Of a stretch of DNA of 64,000 nt, positions 1 to 14,149 are shown one piece after another. Below the pieces are notes generated by a model, which saw only the letters and a list, made by a program, of their open reading frames with translations, did no database searches and was not told where the DNA came from. The stretch is from Eledone cirrhosa (taxonomy: Eukaryota). The DNA is taken from the NCBI GenBank assembly GCA_964016885.1, contig OZ024742.1, forward strand, positions 89,280,001 to 89,344,000, in the 5' to 3' direction. The position numbers and the translations under genes were made by a program. How positions within the stretch are numbered: position 1 is the first letter of the stretch; each line of letters opens with the position of its first letter.

Positions 1-144
1 ATAAACATGTACATACGTAGAAAATAATACATATACACATTTATATATATATATATTTTATTTTTATTTTTTTTCTTAGCGAGCATGTGTCTGTATGCGT
101 GCGTGGGTCTGTTCGCGTGTGTGTGTCTGTATATATATATATAT

Positions 145-221
<77 letters not shown>

Positions 222-799
222 GTATACGTATATACATATACGTATATACATATATATAGAAAAATATAATATATATTAAAAATATACATATAACGGCACA
301 TAGATACACAGTGGGTGCGCCCAGTTAATGTGTCTACAGAGATGTTGTTACGTTGCGAACATGGATCAATCCACATATGGAATCTTCACGCAAAGCCACA
401 TAATGTGCGTTCATGGTATTACAGTACATAGTATGCGCAGACCGTACATAGAAAATGCGTGCAGAATATATATAAAAAAGAAGGAACGTGTATGCATATG
501 ACATAGTACACAAGAGAAGTATGAGATACACACGTGGGTCTGTATACGGAAAATACATTAGGTGTTACAAAATGGAATACGTGGAGGGTATGCACTCTCT
601 ACTGAAAAGATACACATGCAGGGGCGGGGGTGCGTGGAATGGCCATACTGGAGTATGTCACTGTGGTTGAGTTATAGTGCCTTATTGGTGTAAGGCATTT
701 GACTGAATATCAAAGGAATCCGTGTCAACCTGTCCAGGCTAGGGCGATGTTCTTGCCTAGGGTGACGTGCAGAGTCGGGCAGGCATCCTGGGTTATTTC

Positions 800-1345
800 G
801 GCTTACCCTACGGGGCATATATAGTCAACAGGGTATGGTGTCTGATTTCTTAAATCCGTTTCGCCGCTCTGGTCGGCGTGCGCTCCGCCGCATGCCTTCA
901 GCTTGGGCTGCCCGGTGGATTCCATGCAGAGAGTGCACCTTCTCTGGTGTCTGCACGTCATGATTATTTCCGATTTCAGGTTGACCGCATCATCCTTCAG
1001 TCTGACTATCTCCATGGCCTTGGACAGGCATAGCCTACATTTTCTATTTTCAGCCGAATATGTATTCGCGTGCCCCACGATACTCTAGTTGAAGGCATAC
1101 GAGGTGCCTTTGTCTTTTAAGTCCCACACAAGGTCCGCCAGCCTAGTAGAGTGCCTCTTGCTCTGGGCCTTGAAATAGTTTGTGTGGTTATAGATCCGCG
1201 ATTTAAAGGTCATGGATGTTGCTCCAATATAGGTGCGCTTTATATTGTGCGTGCTAACCACACATTTTTATAACAGGCCCTTCGTTAGGCATCTTCCCTG
1301 CAGGGTGCACTGTGTGCCCGCTCTGCAGTTGCAGTTTCTGTCGTT
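800..1345 (-). pseudogene. Naiad-like Penelope element 3' fragment (GIY-YIG endonuclease)
   Basis: Minus strand translates NCNCRAGTQCTLQGRCLTKGLLYKCVV..TYIGATSMTFKSRIYNH..CRLCLSK..NLKSEIIMTCRH, with one in-frame stop. Same motif order as the 12010-12405 ORF. Confidence 0.8.
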
Positions 1346-1692
1346 ATATTGTTCATTTCGGACGCCTGGCCCTTGATCTGTCACGGCCCTCTCCCGGTCC
1401 TTCTGCCGACACGGTGGTCTCCCCTCCGTCACTCATTCTGCCCGGCGTTGGATTGTATCGTCTTCCGCGGGCGTGGCGGCCGCCGCAAAGACCCGGTTGT
1501 AGTTAGAAGACCGGTCTGCGAGGGGCCCTCCGGGCTCCGGTGGACGGTCATTCGGCGCCGCGTTTGTTTTGGCCATGTTAGGTGCGGTGGAGAAGGAAAA
1601 TTTCACTGTGTGGCGGTTGAAGATCTTGTGGTATCTGCTTGACAGCGGGAAGCACTCGTCTATATTTTATACTTTTTTATATATGTATATAC

Positions 1693-1778
<86 letters not shown>

Positions 1779-2551
1779 ATTTTCGATGTATGTACATGTT
1801 TATAACATGCATCCTTTCATGTATGACCCATTGTGTATCTTTATATGACTTTGCGTGTATATTCTATTTATGTATATATATATATATTATGCGTGCGTAG
1901 GTGTGTATGTGAATATGCGCATATTTGTAGGAGTGTATATGAGCCAGTGTGTGTGTGTACAAGCACCCCTGTGGGGAAAGAGCTTGTTTTTGTATATATA
2001 TGTGTTTGCAAGCGAGAGTGTATCTGTGCATGTATATGGGTACGTGTGTGTATGTGAATGTGAGTGGGTGGAAGGGGGGTCTATGTACAAGTCGGTACGT
2101 GTTTGTGTGTACGGGTACATATACGCGTATGCATGTGTGTGTATGTTGATGTATATAGGCATGTGGGCATGTGTCTGTGAATGTACGTGCCTCTCTGGAT
2201 GCATGTATGCGTATGTTTATATGTTTATATGTTCTCCTTAAATGTGTGTGTATAGCGGGAGTCTATGAGTACGAATGTCGTTATCTATGTGATTATGTGT
2301 GTGTGTGTTTGTCTGTGAGTGTGTGCGTGGATGTGTAAACTACCAAACACAGCATTAATTTATTGAAGTGTAGCAGACATGGGACAGACAAAGCCCTGAT
2401 GGTCAGCGGACTGGTACCTGCGGTCAGAATTATGATGACGTAGACAACCAGCGGCCAATCACGGGACATGCAAAGAGGTTGAAGTTTTTGACGGTACTGG
2501 CCCAGAGGATGAGATACCCCGGTGAGAGAATATGCTCCGAAATCATTAGAC

Positions 2552-2649
2552 GTGTCCGTCGAACCTGCGGGTCCAGAATCAGACAGATCCACACAATGAT
2601 TACGTCTCGAGCTGTCCGCCTGCGAAACAATTTTGTAACACACAATAAA
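2552..2649 (+). ncRNA. Candidate atypical hammerhead-like motif followed by AATAAA
   Basis: GTGT-CCGTCGA-(weak stem II)-GAAA-CAA.TT.TTG-TA-ACAC, then AATAAA at 2644. Core deviates from CTGANGA. Confidence 0.3.
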
Positions 2650-2698
2650 TTGAGTTCAGATGCATCACTGATTTTTCATTTTCTATTATATATATATA

Positions 2699-4195
2699 CT
2701 AGATGGCCCGTCCGGCTGGCGACCGGTAGGTATACCTGCCCCCACCACTCCACTGAAAAGATACCACACACCCTCCCATGTTACATTGTCCTTCCGACTT
2801 CGTAGCAAAGGGGAGGAGCTACCGTATAAATCGGCAAACTGTTCCCATCACGTGTGCTTGGAGCATGCCTGTGCGTGTATACGCAGCGTGTGTGTGTACT
2901 ACCCAGTGGGTGTACGTGTGCAGAGGCACAGACAAACCGACAATTCCGTCTCACAACTGTGTACTGGCTGTAGCCTTGGTTAAAAATGTCAAGTCTGCAG
3001 AAAGCCGTTAAAGAACAGATTGCGGTAACAATTGCAAGAAGGTGGCCCTAAAAAGGGCCGTTGTTCGTTCACTGTTGAATGTATCCGGACACATCATGAT
3101 ATCCGATAACTATCCAGGTATTACGAATGACTTCCGGTGTGATTTTGGCCCATGCAATGGCGACCCATGGGGTTAATAAAATGGTGAATCCGTTGCAAGG
3201 TCTGTCAATCCATGTACAACCGTAATGAAAATTCCACGTTACAAAAATACAAAACTTATATTGTTAGAGCCTCAGAGAACACAATGTTTTTTGTTCGGCC
3301 CTCGGGAGCAAAAATGAAGAGATTGTTTGGGAAGCTCACCCTAGAACATCCTACATACAACTGACCATGGGAGAAGCATGGTGTTCCCAAATGAAGGCCA
3401 GCGACTTTGAGGGTGTGACCCTGAACTTTGTTGATAGTAATCGCGAAGCTTAGTCTGATTGGAAACTGAAGTCGCTTGAACTGAAAGGGGAAGTCTGCTG
3501 GCAGCAACGGGATGCGTGGAATAGACACATCCTCTCCCCCTACCAACCCCAGACATGATCGGGGCTTCAATGACATGACGCAGCATCTGCTTGATATCAG
3601 GTTGTGTGCCATTGCAGAGCTTTGGTGGGTCGAGATTGCGCAGCAGGATGATAGGGGCACCAAGCTTTACCTCTAACCTGTGTGGAGGAACTCCTGGCAA
3701 GTGAAGAGAGTTCAATAATTCCACTGGGTATTGAACTGCTACATCTGTGTCAACCACACAATCGATTGCCTTGTACGTGTGAACAGGTCCAGGGATCTGC
3801 TTAACCAACCTATCGTTGACATCTCTAACACTGTCATTTCTTGGTGCAAGTATTGCTCTTTCACAGAGCCAATCATGGCAAGTGAAATTCTGTGTTGTCA
3901 TGTAGAGAGTGAAGAGAGACAGAGAGTAAAACAGTTAAATTATAGAGAGGGTGAAAGTAAAAGAGCGTTGCCATATAGAGAGTGAAGAGAGACAGAGAGT
4001 GAGAGAGACGACGCTCAGCTTTATAATATTTGAGAGTGAAGAGCGACAGAGAGATTAAAGCAGTTAAATTATAGAGAGGGGGAATGATCTATTATAGAGA
4101 GAGGTAAGAGCGACGAAGAGAGTAAAGCTAACAAACTATAGGGAGGTGTGTAGGATACATACATACATAATACACACGACGCTCAGCTTTATAAT
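2699..4195 (-). mobile_element. Internally deleted Helitron with Pif1 helicase remnant
   Basis: The minus-strand 3' end has a GC hairpin and CTAG at 2699. ORFs 3341-3901 and 3256-3663 contain RAILAPRN, PIILLRNLDPPKLCNGT, QFPIRLSFAITINKVQG and FSHGQLYV. Confidence 0.85.
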
Positions 4196-4380
4196 AATTG
4201 TTTCTACTTTAGGCACAAGGCCAGCAATTACCCAGTGCATTACTGGTACTTTATTTTATCGACCCCGTAAAGATAAAAGGCAAAGTTAACCTCGGCGGGA
4301 TTTGAACTCAGATCGTAAAGGGACGTAACTATGCTGGAAAGCATGGCGTCCGACCCTCTACTGATACTGCCAATCCACCG
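4196..4380 (-). mobile_element. tRNA-derived SINE, family S1
   Basis: B-box GAGTTCAAATCC, body ..GGGGTCGATAAAATAAAGTACCAG.., tail GTAGAAACAATTAT. Homologous copies at 51203, 59849 and 15729. Confidence 0.85.
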
Positions 4381-4695
4381 CTAGCTGTCCCGACCGGCTG
4401 GCGCCGGCTAGGTATGCCTGCCCCCACCACCCCACTGCAAAGATACCACACACCAACCGTGTCACATTGTCCTTCCGACTCTCTCTCTCTCTCACTTATC
4501 TATCTCTCTCTCTTTCTCTCCCCCTCTCTCTCTCTGAATAACTAACACTTTAATTGTATATCTCTCTGTCGAACGGCCTATCTCTCTTTCCCCGCCCTCT
4601 GTTTTTCTGTCTCTCTGTAGATGTGTGCGTGTAGTTTTCTTAATCTGTCTCTAAATCTCTCTCTTTCTCTCTCTTTCTCTCTCTTTCTCTCTCTT

Positions 4696-4777
<82 letters not shown>

Positions 4778-4854
4778 GAAACTAAAACTGTTGTCATATA
4801 GAGAGTGAAGAGCGACAGAGAGAGTAAAGCAGTTAAATTATAGAGAGGGTGAAA

Positions 4855-4889
<35 letters not shown>

Positions 4890-5135
4890 GACGCTCAACT
4901 TTTTAATATTTTTGAGTGAAGAGCGACAGAGAGAGTAAAGCAGTTAAATTAAATAGAAGGGGTATGATCTATTATAGAGAGAGAGGAGAGCGACGGAGTG
5001 ACGACGCTCAACTTTATAATATTTGAGAATGAAGAGCGACGGAAAGGATAAAGCTAACACACTATAGGGAAGTGTTCAGGATACATACATACATACATAT
5101 ATAATACACACGACACCCAGCTTTATAATATTATA
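4381..5135 (-). mobile_element. Non-autonomous Helitron related to 2699-4195
   Basis: 4381-4480 matches 2699-2800 (CTAG plus hairpin). 4790-5130 repeats the GAGAGTGAAGAGCGAC/CAGCTTTATAATATT units of 3900-4195. Confidence 0.7.
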
Positions 5136-5389
5136 TATATATCTATATATATATACAAAAGTACAGCATATTCAAAGTTCGAGAAGCAGCTAAGCCAACG
5201 AATGCTTCAGCAGTGCAGCCAAGCACTCGACGAGGTATAGATCTCAGAGTAATAACATACAGTTTAAAGGGCTTTGCAAATAGAAAATAGCGACCGCTAA
5301 TTCAGCTGCGTGATATGTAGCAACGAAAGAACTAACTAGTGAGAAAAAAATACACACACACACATCCATACACACACATATATGTATAC

Positions 5390-5495
<106 letters not shown>

Positions 5496-5869
5496 GTATT
5501 TATATATATTTATATGCATATATAGACATACATACGTACATTCACATATCTGTATATATAACATACCTGGACCGCAAACTTCGAAATTATTGAATATCTA
5601 AGTAAGGTTTCTGTAAATCCGAAATCAACAAAATCCACTGCTGGTGTATACAAGTTAGGTTTCTGGAAGATCGAACAGAGAATTTACTTTCTCAACAGGC
5701 TTTCGTTCGAACCCAAATCCCGGTGTGATAGCACATGTTACTCCAAAGGGAGGTAACCCCGGTTTATGGCGGTCAAAATCAAATTATGAGCAATGGAAAA
5801 AATTCCATACACAAACTGAATTAAGCACTCAACCAGACCGTTATTAAACAATTGATTCGTCGTTATTGA

Positions 5870-6025
5870 TTCGTCGCTATTCGGTACAATTGATTCTACG
5901 TTATTCTCCTTGTCAAAGAATTCCTCTGTGAGACGTAATTTTCTACAGAAGTGTGAGATATCGTCATTTATCTCGTTGACGTTAGGGTATTGTGGTGTTG
6001 GTGTGAATTTCAGACCAATCAAAAA
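5870..6025 (-). pseudogene. Inverted N-terminal segment of the adjacent Penelope ORF
   Basis: GLKFTPTP..DISHFCRKLRLTEEFF is a typical PLE N-terminal motif. It abuts the plus-strand ORF at 6028 in the opposite orientation. Confidence 0.7.
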
Positions 6026-6027
6026 TA

Positions 6028-7777
6028 ATGACCAAATTAAACACACTGATTTATCGATACCAGGAAGACCTAACTAAAAAGGAACGCGATTATTTAACAA
6101 ATTTTGAATACAAAACCAGCAACCTTTACGGACTTCCGAAGATCCACAAATGTAAAATAATTAACGATGCCTGTAAACAATCCACCTCAGCCTGCGTGAA
6201 TACACAATACCCCACAGACCTTAAATTAAGACCAATTGTAGCGGGCCCACAATGTGAAACACACAGATTGAGCAACTTTATAGACATACTACTGAAACCA
6301 ATACTGAAACACATACCAAGCCCTGTAAGAGATGATCTGGACCTCTTAAACCACCTCCCCAAACATGTCAACAACGACACTATTATTGTATCTTTCGATG
6401 TAGTGAATCTCTACACAACGATCCCACACCAATACGGACTAGAAGCAATAGGATTCTGGCTAAAGAAATATTCCAATGAGATACCTGACAGAATAGAAAA
6501 AAGCTTCATCACCGAGGGATTAAAATTCATCCTACAGAACAACTTTTTTGATTTCGATGGCAATACTTACAAGCAAATATCGGGGACTGCGATGGGTACA
6601 AAAGCCGCTCCAACTTATGCCAACTTAGTCATGGCATAGTTAGAAGTCCAGATATATGAACAGTCCAAATCAAAATACGGATTGAACTTCCACAAATATT
6701 TATCAGAGAATTGGAAACGCTACTTGGATGATTGCCTCATTCTTTGGTCCCACACACTCGACCAACTGAAGGATTTCAAAAACTTAATAAACGGCATCAA
6801 TAACCACATCCAATTCACAATGGAATACAGCCAAGATCAACTTCCATTTCTGGACATCTTAATCACAAAAAAAGACACAAATATCGAAACTGACATACAC
6901 TACAAACCAACAGATTCCAAACAATACCTGCTATTCACCTCCAACCATCCAAAGCACACGAAGACGAACACTCCTTTTAACCTAGCAAGAAGAATTTGCA
7001 CAATTGTCTCCAATTATGAAACGCGAAATAAAAGACTTCAAGAATTAAAGGAAATTTTACTCGAGAGAGAGTACCCACTATTACTAATAAATAATGGAAT
7101 AGAAAGGGCTAAAGCAATAGGCATTGATGAATTACGGAAACAGAAACAAATTCAAGGTACGTCCAATATTCTATCATATATCTCAACACACAACCCAAGA
7201 AATGCGGAAGCTTACAACACTATTCACAATAACATCCCACTACTAAAACAAAAACCCGAGAATGAAAAAAGCCCTTGAAACACACAAAATAATCAAAGGC
7301 AAAAGACAACCAAAATCACTGAAAACATTACTCACCAATGCCAAATTACCTACCACAAACCCACAACCAAGTATCAAAAAATGTGGTCGCTCTAATTGTG
7401 GAACCTGCACTCACCTCATTGAAGGCAACACGTATACATTTAAATCAGGACAAAATTTTACTGTAAAAAATAACTTCACTTGCTCATCAAAAAATCTAAT
7501 TTATGCCATTAAATGTAAAGGATGCAATGAATATTATATAGGACAAACTAAACTCACATTCAGAAACAGAATGACAGTTCATCGCCAACAATTACGAGAT
7601 CCAACCACGAGACAGATACCACTAAGTGCATATCTAGACATTTGCGCAAATAATAAGACACCCAAGTTCCAAGTCTTCCCATTTTACCTTTGCGCTAACA
7701 ATACAACAGAACAAATGCGAATAAATAAGGAAAATATGTTTATTCAAAAATATAGACTAACATTAAATAAGGTTTAA
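6028..7777 (+). pseudogene. Neptune-like Penelope RT plus GIY-YIG ORF (one stop at 6637, frameshift near 7262)
   Basis: LYGLPKIHK, LRPIV, SFDVVNLYT, GTAMGT, RYLDD, LPFLD, Cys linker CGRSNCGTC and NLIYAIKC..YIGQT. Confidence 0.92.
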
Positions 7778-8244
7778 TATACATTATGTCAACACCACAA
7801 TATGACATACACACACACACATAACACCTTCTACTTTAGAAAATAAAAACCCGAACTAAATAAACCTTAACATACGTTTGCACTGGCAATACAACAGCAA
7901 ACACGAAAAAGTAAGGAAAATATGTTCATTCAAAAATATTCCTACTAAAGGAATCACTTTCCTACACACACACACAATATATATATATATATTCTCTTCA
8001 TCTTAACATGCTAACCATACTCCCACACACATAACACCCATACACACACATAACAACCCCCACACCTACAACTCCCTCCCCATTTCTACTAATAGAACCA
8101 CTTTCCTACACACACATATATATACACACACACAAAATATATATTCTCTCCATCTTAACATACTCGCACACACACACATAACACCCATATACACACACAC
8201 ACAACTCCCTCCCCCATCTCTACTAATAGAATCATCTTCCAATA

Positions 8245-8277
<33 letters not shown>

Positions 8278-8791
8278 GCACACAAATAAACATACATATC
8301 TTCCCTTCAATAGAAAATCTGAACTCTGACACCCCGGCGAGCTGGCCATATCCCTGAACCAGAACATTTCTCCCAATCCCTTTTCTCTTGACCACTATCT
8401 CTCCATTGTCATAACATTCACTATAAAGACTACAGAATAGTTTTCCAAATAAGGGCGCAAAAATGTAATGAAAACTTGTTCACGTGACAGCCAAATTTCA
8501 TTTATAACCAACCAAAAAAAAGCCTTCGTGAGCCTCCTTTTTTCAAGTAAAAAGAAATTCAAACACTCATATATGAAAAAACAACCTGTGACAACCCCCC
8601 CCCCCCTCCCTCTCTTATTTGAAGAACTATTGTAACGCGAACTGGCGCGAAATTTATTATAATTATTGACAAACCAATCAAATTACTTCTCGAAAAACCT
8701 GGCATTTCGAGCCACTTTTTCCATATAAAACAAGTAACATTCAGAGACCAACCAGATGTGAGAAAAACCACAGACCCTCCATCTCAACTCA

Positions 8792-8829
8792 CCTTTTGAA
8801 AAGCAGAAGAACTGCGAAACCGGTAAAGG
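8792..8829 (+). ncRNA. Minimal type I hammerhead ribozyme, U3-A8 core variant, in PLE 3' UTR
   Basis: CCTT-TTGAAAA-GCAG.AAGAA.CTGC-GAAA-CCGG-TA-AAGG. Stem III is the palindrome ACCGGT. AATAAA at 8835. Confidence 0.7.
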
Positions 8830-8923
8830 AACCAAATAAATATATATATTTAAAAAAAAAATAAGACTCCAGTTGCATTTTCGATTTCATCTCTTTTTCT
8901 TTACATATATATATATATATATG

Positions 8924-9073
<150 letters not shown>

Positions 9074-9089
9074 TATGTATATATATAAT

Positions 9090-9476
<387 letters not shown>

Positions 9477-9559
9477 TATATATATAATCATATATATATA
9501 TGATTATATATATATATATAAATTACAGAATAATCAAAACTATGTTCATATCATTTAAT

Positions 9560-9606
9560 TGCTGATAATCGTTTCTTCCAAACTTTCGTTTGGAATCAGC
9601 GGAGCA
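9560..9606 (-). ncRNA. Hammerhead-like motif with CCGCTGA core (left pLTR)
   Basis: TGCT-CCGCTGA-TTCCAAAC.GAAA.GTTTGGAA-GAAA-C.GATT.A-TC-AGCA. Confidence 0.55.
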
Positions 9607-10227
9607 TTAGCAAAGATTAGACATATTCCACAGAACAATCGTAAAGACACGTAGATATGTCTGTTGTAACTAACGGTGTCATATTTAAAGAGTGAAGGTG
9701 ATGTGGTTAGTATCATTGGATGCGACAAAGATTATAAAAGAATAATACAACAATTATAGAAGAATTAAAGAAGAAAATTACTCGCAAAATGAGGACTTTA
9801 GCGGTTCATAGGCAAACATATAGAAAGAGTGCAGAGGTATGATGCATGTACAGAGTAACAAGGTGAAACAACGAGCAATGGTCTAACCATATATATATAA
9901 CAGTACGGTAAACGTATCACATAATACAATGCAGGTGTAAAAGATTATCAAGCAGACAGACATGCGTGGGTATGAAAAGCAGTTTCTATGATAGTTTATA
10001 GTGGATGCAATGTTAAAATTGTTCCGGTAATGTTCAAATGTAGATGTGTTGTGATGTGATGTGTTACCAAGGTTTTAATTTTCCATTACATTGGTTATAT
10101 TTTAGTAAATGTTTCTCAGTAGCTACAACTATGGATTGTGTATTGGTCTCACTATAATCTTATCAAAGGTTAGAGTTGTTCTGGAGTGATCTGTCTAACG
10201 GTTTAATTTCAGGAATAAAATACCAGT

Positions 10228-12405
10228 ATGTTGATCAAATATTATCTTCCTATGTCCACTAAGAGCATACCAATACCATCTAAAGATACGTATGGAAAAT
10301 TATTGATTAATAGTGTCAACTCATTTATCAATAGCGTGAGATGTAGGACATTCCATTGCGATAAAAACCGAACAGACAAAAATAAAGATGCAACCAATTT
10401 CGAGTCATATAGCTTTAAAACCTTTAAAAGGCCACCTCACAACACTTTATTAAACTCTTTCGAAAATGATTATATAAAACTAGTTAAGAACATTAGGTAC
10501 AGAAAACATTTTAAAAGAAACAACACCTTCTTAAATAACCTTAATTCCACTATTAAAAGATTTAATAAAGATAAGAAAATTCTAGTACATGCTGATAAAA
10601 CTAATAATATATACAGCCTGGATTACGATACATAGAGAACATTTATATATAAAGAACTACATAGCAGCTATAAGAAAACCACTATCAGAAACCGAGAAGA
10701 TATAAATATGGAAGGCCATAGAATAGTATTTGAATTAGGACTTCAGAGATTTACACAACCTTACACCGCGCTAACACCCCCCCCCAATATTCTCTCTGAA
10801 GGACCATAAAGAAGACTTTAATAGTAGCCCATCTATAAGACTAATTTTCCCTTCCAAATCTGACATTGGAATTATCAGCAAAAAAATATTACACAGAATC
10901 ATCCCCCAATTTAAGCATAAAATATATCTTAACCTATGGGGAAATACTGGTGAAGTTATTGAATGGTTCAATGATATTAATGAGAATAAAAATTAAAAAT
11001 TTATACAATTTGATATTAATTCGTACTACATCTCTATTTCTCCTATCCTATTAAATAAGGCATTAATTATGGCTATTAATAATAGTGACCTTACTAGATC
11101 CCAAATTGATGTCATCCTCGCGGCCCCTAAAACCATAGTTGCATTTGAAGATCAATTATGGACCCGCAAGGATTCACCTAACAACTTCGACATAACTATG
11201 GGATCTAGTGACTCGGCGCAGATCACAGATTTGGTAGGCCTGAAATGAAAATCATCAGAATTTACCCTACCTCATTGGTGGTTTACACCGTGACGATTCA
11301 CTACTACTTATTGACTATAAAAAAATTAATATAGAAAGAACTAGGAAACAATTGCTTAAAATGTTTAAAAGCTTCAACTTAAGTATTACCTTAGATAGAA
11401 ACACTAAAAACATTAACTTCCTTGATGCTACCCTTTGCCTGGACTCTAAAATGTATACACCCATTCATAAACCAAACGAAAAACTATTTTATGTAGATAC
11501 CAACTCTAACCACCCTAAATCTATATTAAACTCAATTACTAAAGGAGTATCTAATAGAATTTCCACACTATCTTATAATGAAACTATATTTAACAGAAAT
11601 TCCCAATACTATAATGAAGCTTTAGCTCGCTCTGGCCATAAAAATAAAATTAGATTTTTACCTAAAAAATCACCTAGTTACAACATTATTTCTGACAATA
11701 TGGCCATGAATAAAAGTAATAAAAGTACTGACCACTCTAACTCTAGTATGAAGAGTAATAACAAAGTTAACTCTCGCTAGAATAAACACCCCAATAATAA
11801 TAATATAAACAGAAATATAAACAATACTTCAAATAACATTACAAAAAGTAATTACAAAAATAGAAGAACTAATACATTTTTCAATCCCCTTTCAATCTAA
11901 ACGTTTCCACCAACTCGCCTAAGGCTTTCTTCTCAATCTTGGAAAGAAACGTCTCAGTCGGCCATAAATACCATAATCTTATCAATAAAAATACCATCAA
12001 AATATCTTATTGTTTAATTGTTTAATCAAAGAGATCATTTACTCATGCACAGTCGTTAAAAATAACACTTCGAAAACATATATCGGTTCAACTTCGATCT
12101 GCTTCAAGACGAGATATAACTCGCATCTTCACAATTTCAAAAATCGTAATCTAGCCAACTCCACTTCTTTATCTAACTACATACACTCTCTGAAAACTAG
12201 GAATAGACCATTTACACTTCAATGGGAAGTAATAGATAGGGCCAGCTCGTATAAACCACCGAATAGATTATGTAACCTCTGTCTTCTAGAGACTCGCACT
12301 ATAATCTATTCTAAGCTAAACCTTTTAAATAGAAAATCAGAAATGTTTTCCACGTGCCGACACTACCACCGACACTTTTTCCACAATTTCAAACTTAGCT
12401 GCTAA
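10228..12405 (+). pseudogene. Naiad-type RT plus GIY-YIG ORF, with frameshifts and deletions
   Basis: STKSIPIPS, ADKTNNIY, LKDHKEDF..RLI.PSKSDIG, FDITMGS, GLHRDD, NFLD, SNHP, IIY..YIGST..RYNSH, CNLCL.E and STCRH. Confidence 0.88.
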
Positions 12406-13534
12406 TATATAACAATGTCAGATCTGGATTCCTCACCACCGTTAACACTTTACCTCTAGGTTTTATCAGCTTATAATACCCCCATAGCATCACATTCGTG
12501 TATCAGCTCATCCCTCCACTTATCTCCTGTTTATCTCAGATCCTATGCTCAATAATAACTATAGAGAATAAACATAAATTTACCACCACTTAATATAACT
12601 ACAATACCTTCCTTACCAATATTTCATTCATTTAATTAGTATATGGCTAGGTAGTGGTAAATTGAGACCTTTAACATATTATATAGGAAACAGATTGTAT
12701 ATAAAATTAAATATAAAAATATAAAAATATAAAAATAAATAGCATTATATAAAAGTATTCACTTATAATATAATATAGTGTATATTAACACATAGAGTCT
12801 AACTAATTGGAGTCGTAAACAACTAACACCAGATTATACATTTTTCTCTTATACACAAATTAATCAGCAATTACATCCCCTTTCCCATTAGCTTCCCTTG
12901 GTGTAAATCTCTAATCACTTCCTGAAATTAAACCGTTAGGCATATCACTCAGAACAACTCTAACCTTTGATAAGATTGTAGTGAGACCAATACACAATCC
13001 ATAGTTGTAGCTATTGAGAAACATTTCCTGAAATATAACCAACGTAATGGAAAGGAAAACCTTGGTATTAACACTCACAACACATATACATTTGAACATT
13101 ACCGGAACAATTTAAACATTGCATCCACCATAAACTATCATAGAAACTGCTTTTCATACCCACGCATTTCTGTCTGCTTGACATGCGTTTACACCTGTAT
13201 TGTATTATGTGATACCATTGCCATACTGTGATATATATGCTTAGTACCATTGCTCGTTTTTCACCTTGTTACTATGTACATGCGTAATACCTCTGCCCTT
13301 TTTCTATATGTTTGCCTATGAACCGCTAATGTCCTCATTTTGCGAGTAACTTTCTTCTTTAATTCTTCTATAATTGTTGTATTATTCTTTTATAATCTTT
13401 GTCGCATCCAATGATACTAACCACATCACCTTCACTCTTTAAATATGACACCGTTAGTGACAACAGTAATATCTACGTGTGTGTACGATTGTTCTGTGGA
13501 ATATGAGGTTAATTACATGTCTAAACTTTGCTAA

Positions 13535-13586
13535 TGCTCCACTGATTCCAAACGAAAGCTTGGAAGAAATGATTGTCAGCAATAAA
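13535..13586 (+). ncRNA. Hammerhead-like motif (right pLTR) plus AATAAA
   Basis: TGCT-CCACTGA-TTCCAAAC.GAAA.GCTTGGAA-GAAA-T.GATT.G-TC-AGCA, overlapping AATAAA. Confidence 0.5.
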
Positions 13587-14149
13587 ATGTTTTGAACAGA
13601 GTTTTGATTATTCTGTAATTTATATTCCTGCTCTGTAAGAATCTGATGTATTTACATTGAGCTATTTTTCATACTGGTATTAAGGTGGCATAAAAAGAAG
13701 ACTGACCTTTCCTGTTTATAATCATATATAGTGTATATATAAGTATAAATATTATTATTATTATTGTTGTTTTTATCTTGTTTCATTATTGTTTCTGAGA
13801 TATATGCTGAGTGTCTTTCTGACACCTCGGTCAAATAAATTCGCAGTGTGCATTGGTAAGCCAGTTAATACAGCACATTGATTATAATTTCAAAAAAAAC
13901 AATATACATATATACACATGTGCATATGCATATGTAAATACAAGGAGGGATATCAATCATACAGAGATAGTGCTCTTCTCAATATGTGTGCAGTACCAGT
14001 CAAAATAATTTTTTGCACCTCGTGAATCATTCGCAAATATTGTTCTGTTCCTTTCTTGATCATTCCCAGCCCTCCGACAATTATTGGTTTGTAACGGCCT
14101 TGAAGTGTCACATTTTCTCAATTTCAATAAACAGATCTCCACCTCATGC

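Larger units (their letters stand above)
9520..13725 (+). mobile_element. Near full-length Naiad-like Penelope element with inverted pseudo-LTRs
   Basis: About 700-bp inverted repeat (9520-10214 / 12918-13620) flanks a degenerate ORF. (TA)n lies on the left and TA-rich sequence on the right. Confidence 0.85.

Noticed and set aside
41-2241. Many [12 protein letters not shown] ORFs here and throughout the window
   Set aside because: They are translations of (TA)n, (TG)n and (CA)n microsatellites.
3900-5130. CRISPR-like or regularly spaced array
   Set aside because: Irregular Helitron subterminal repeats without unique spacers, in a eukaryotic context.
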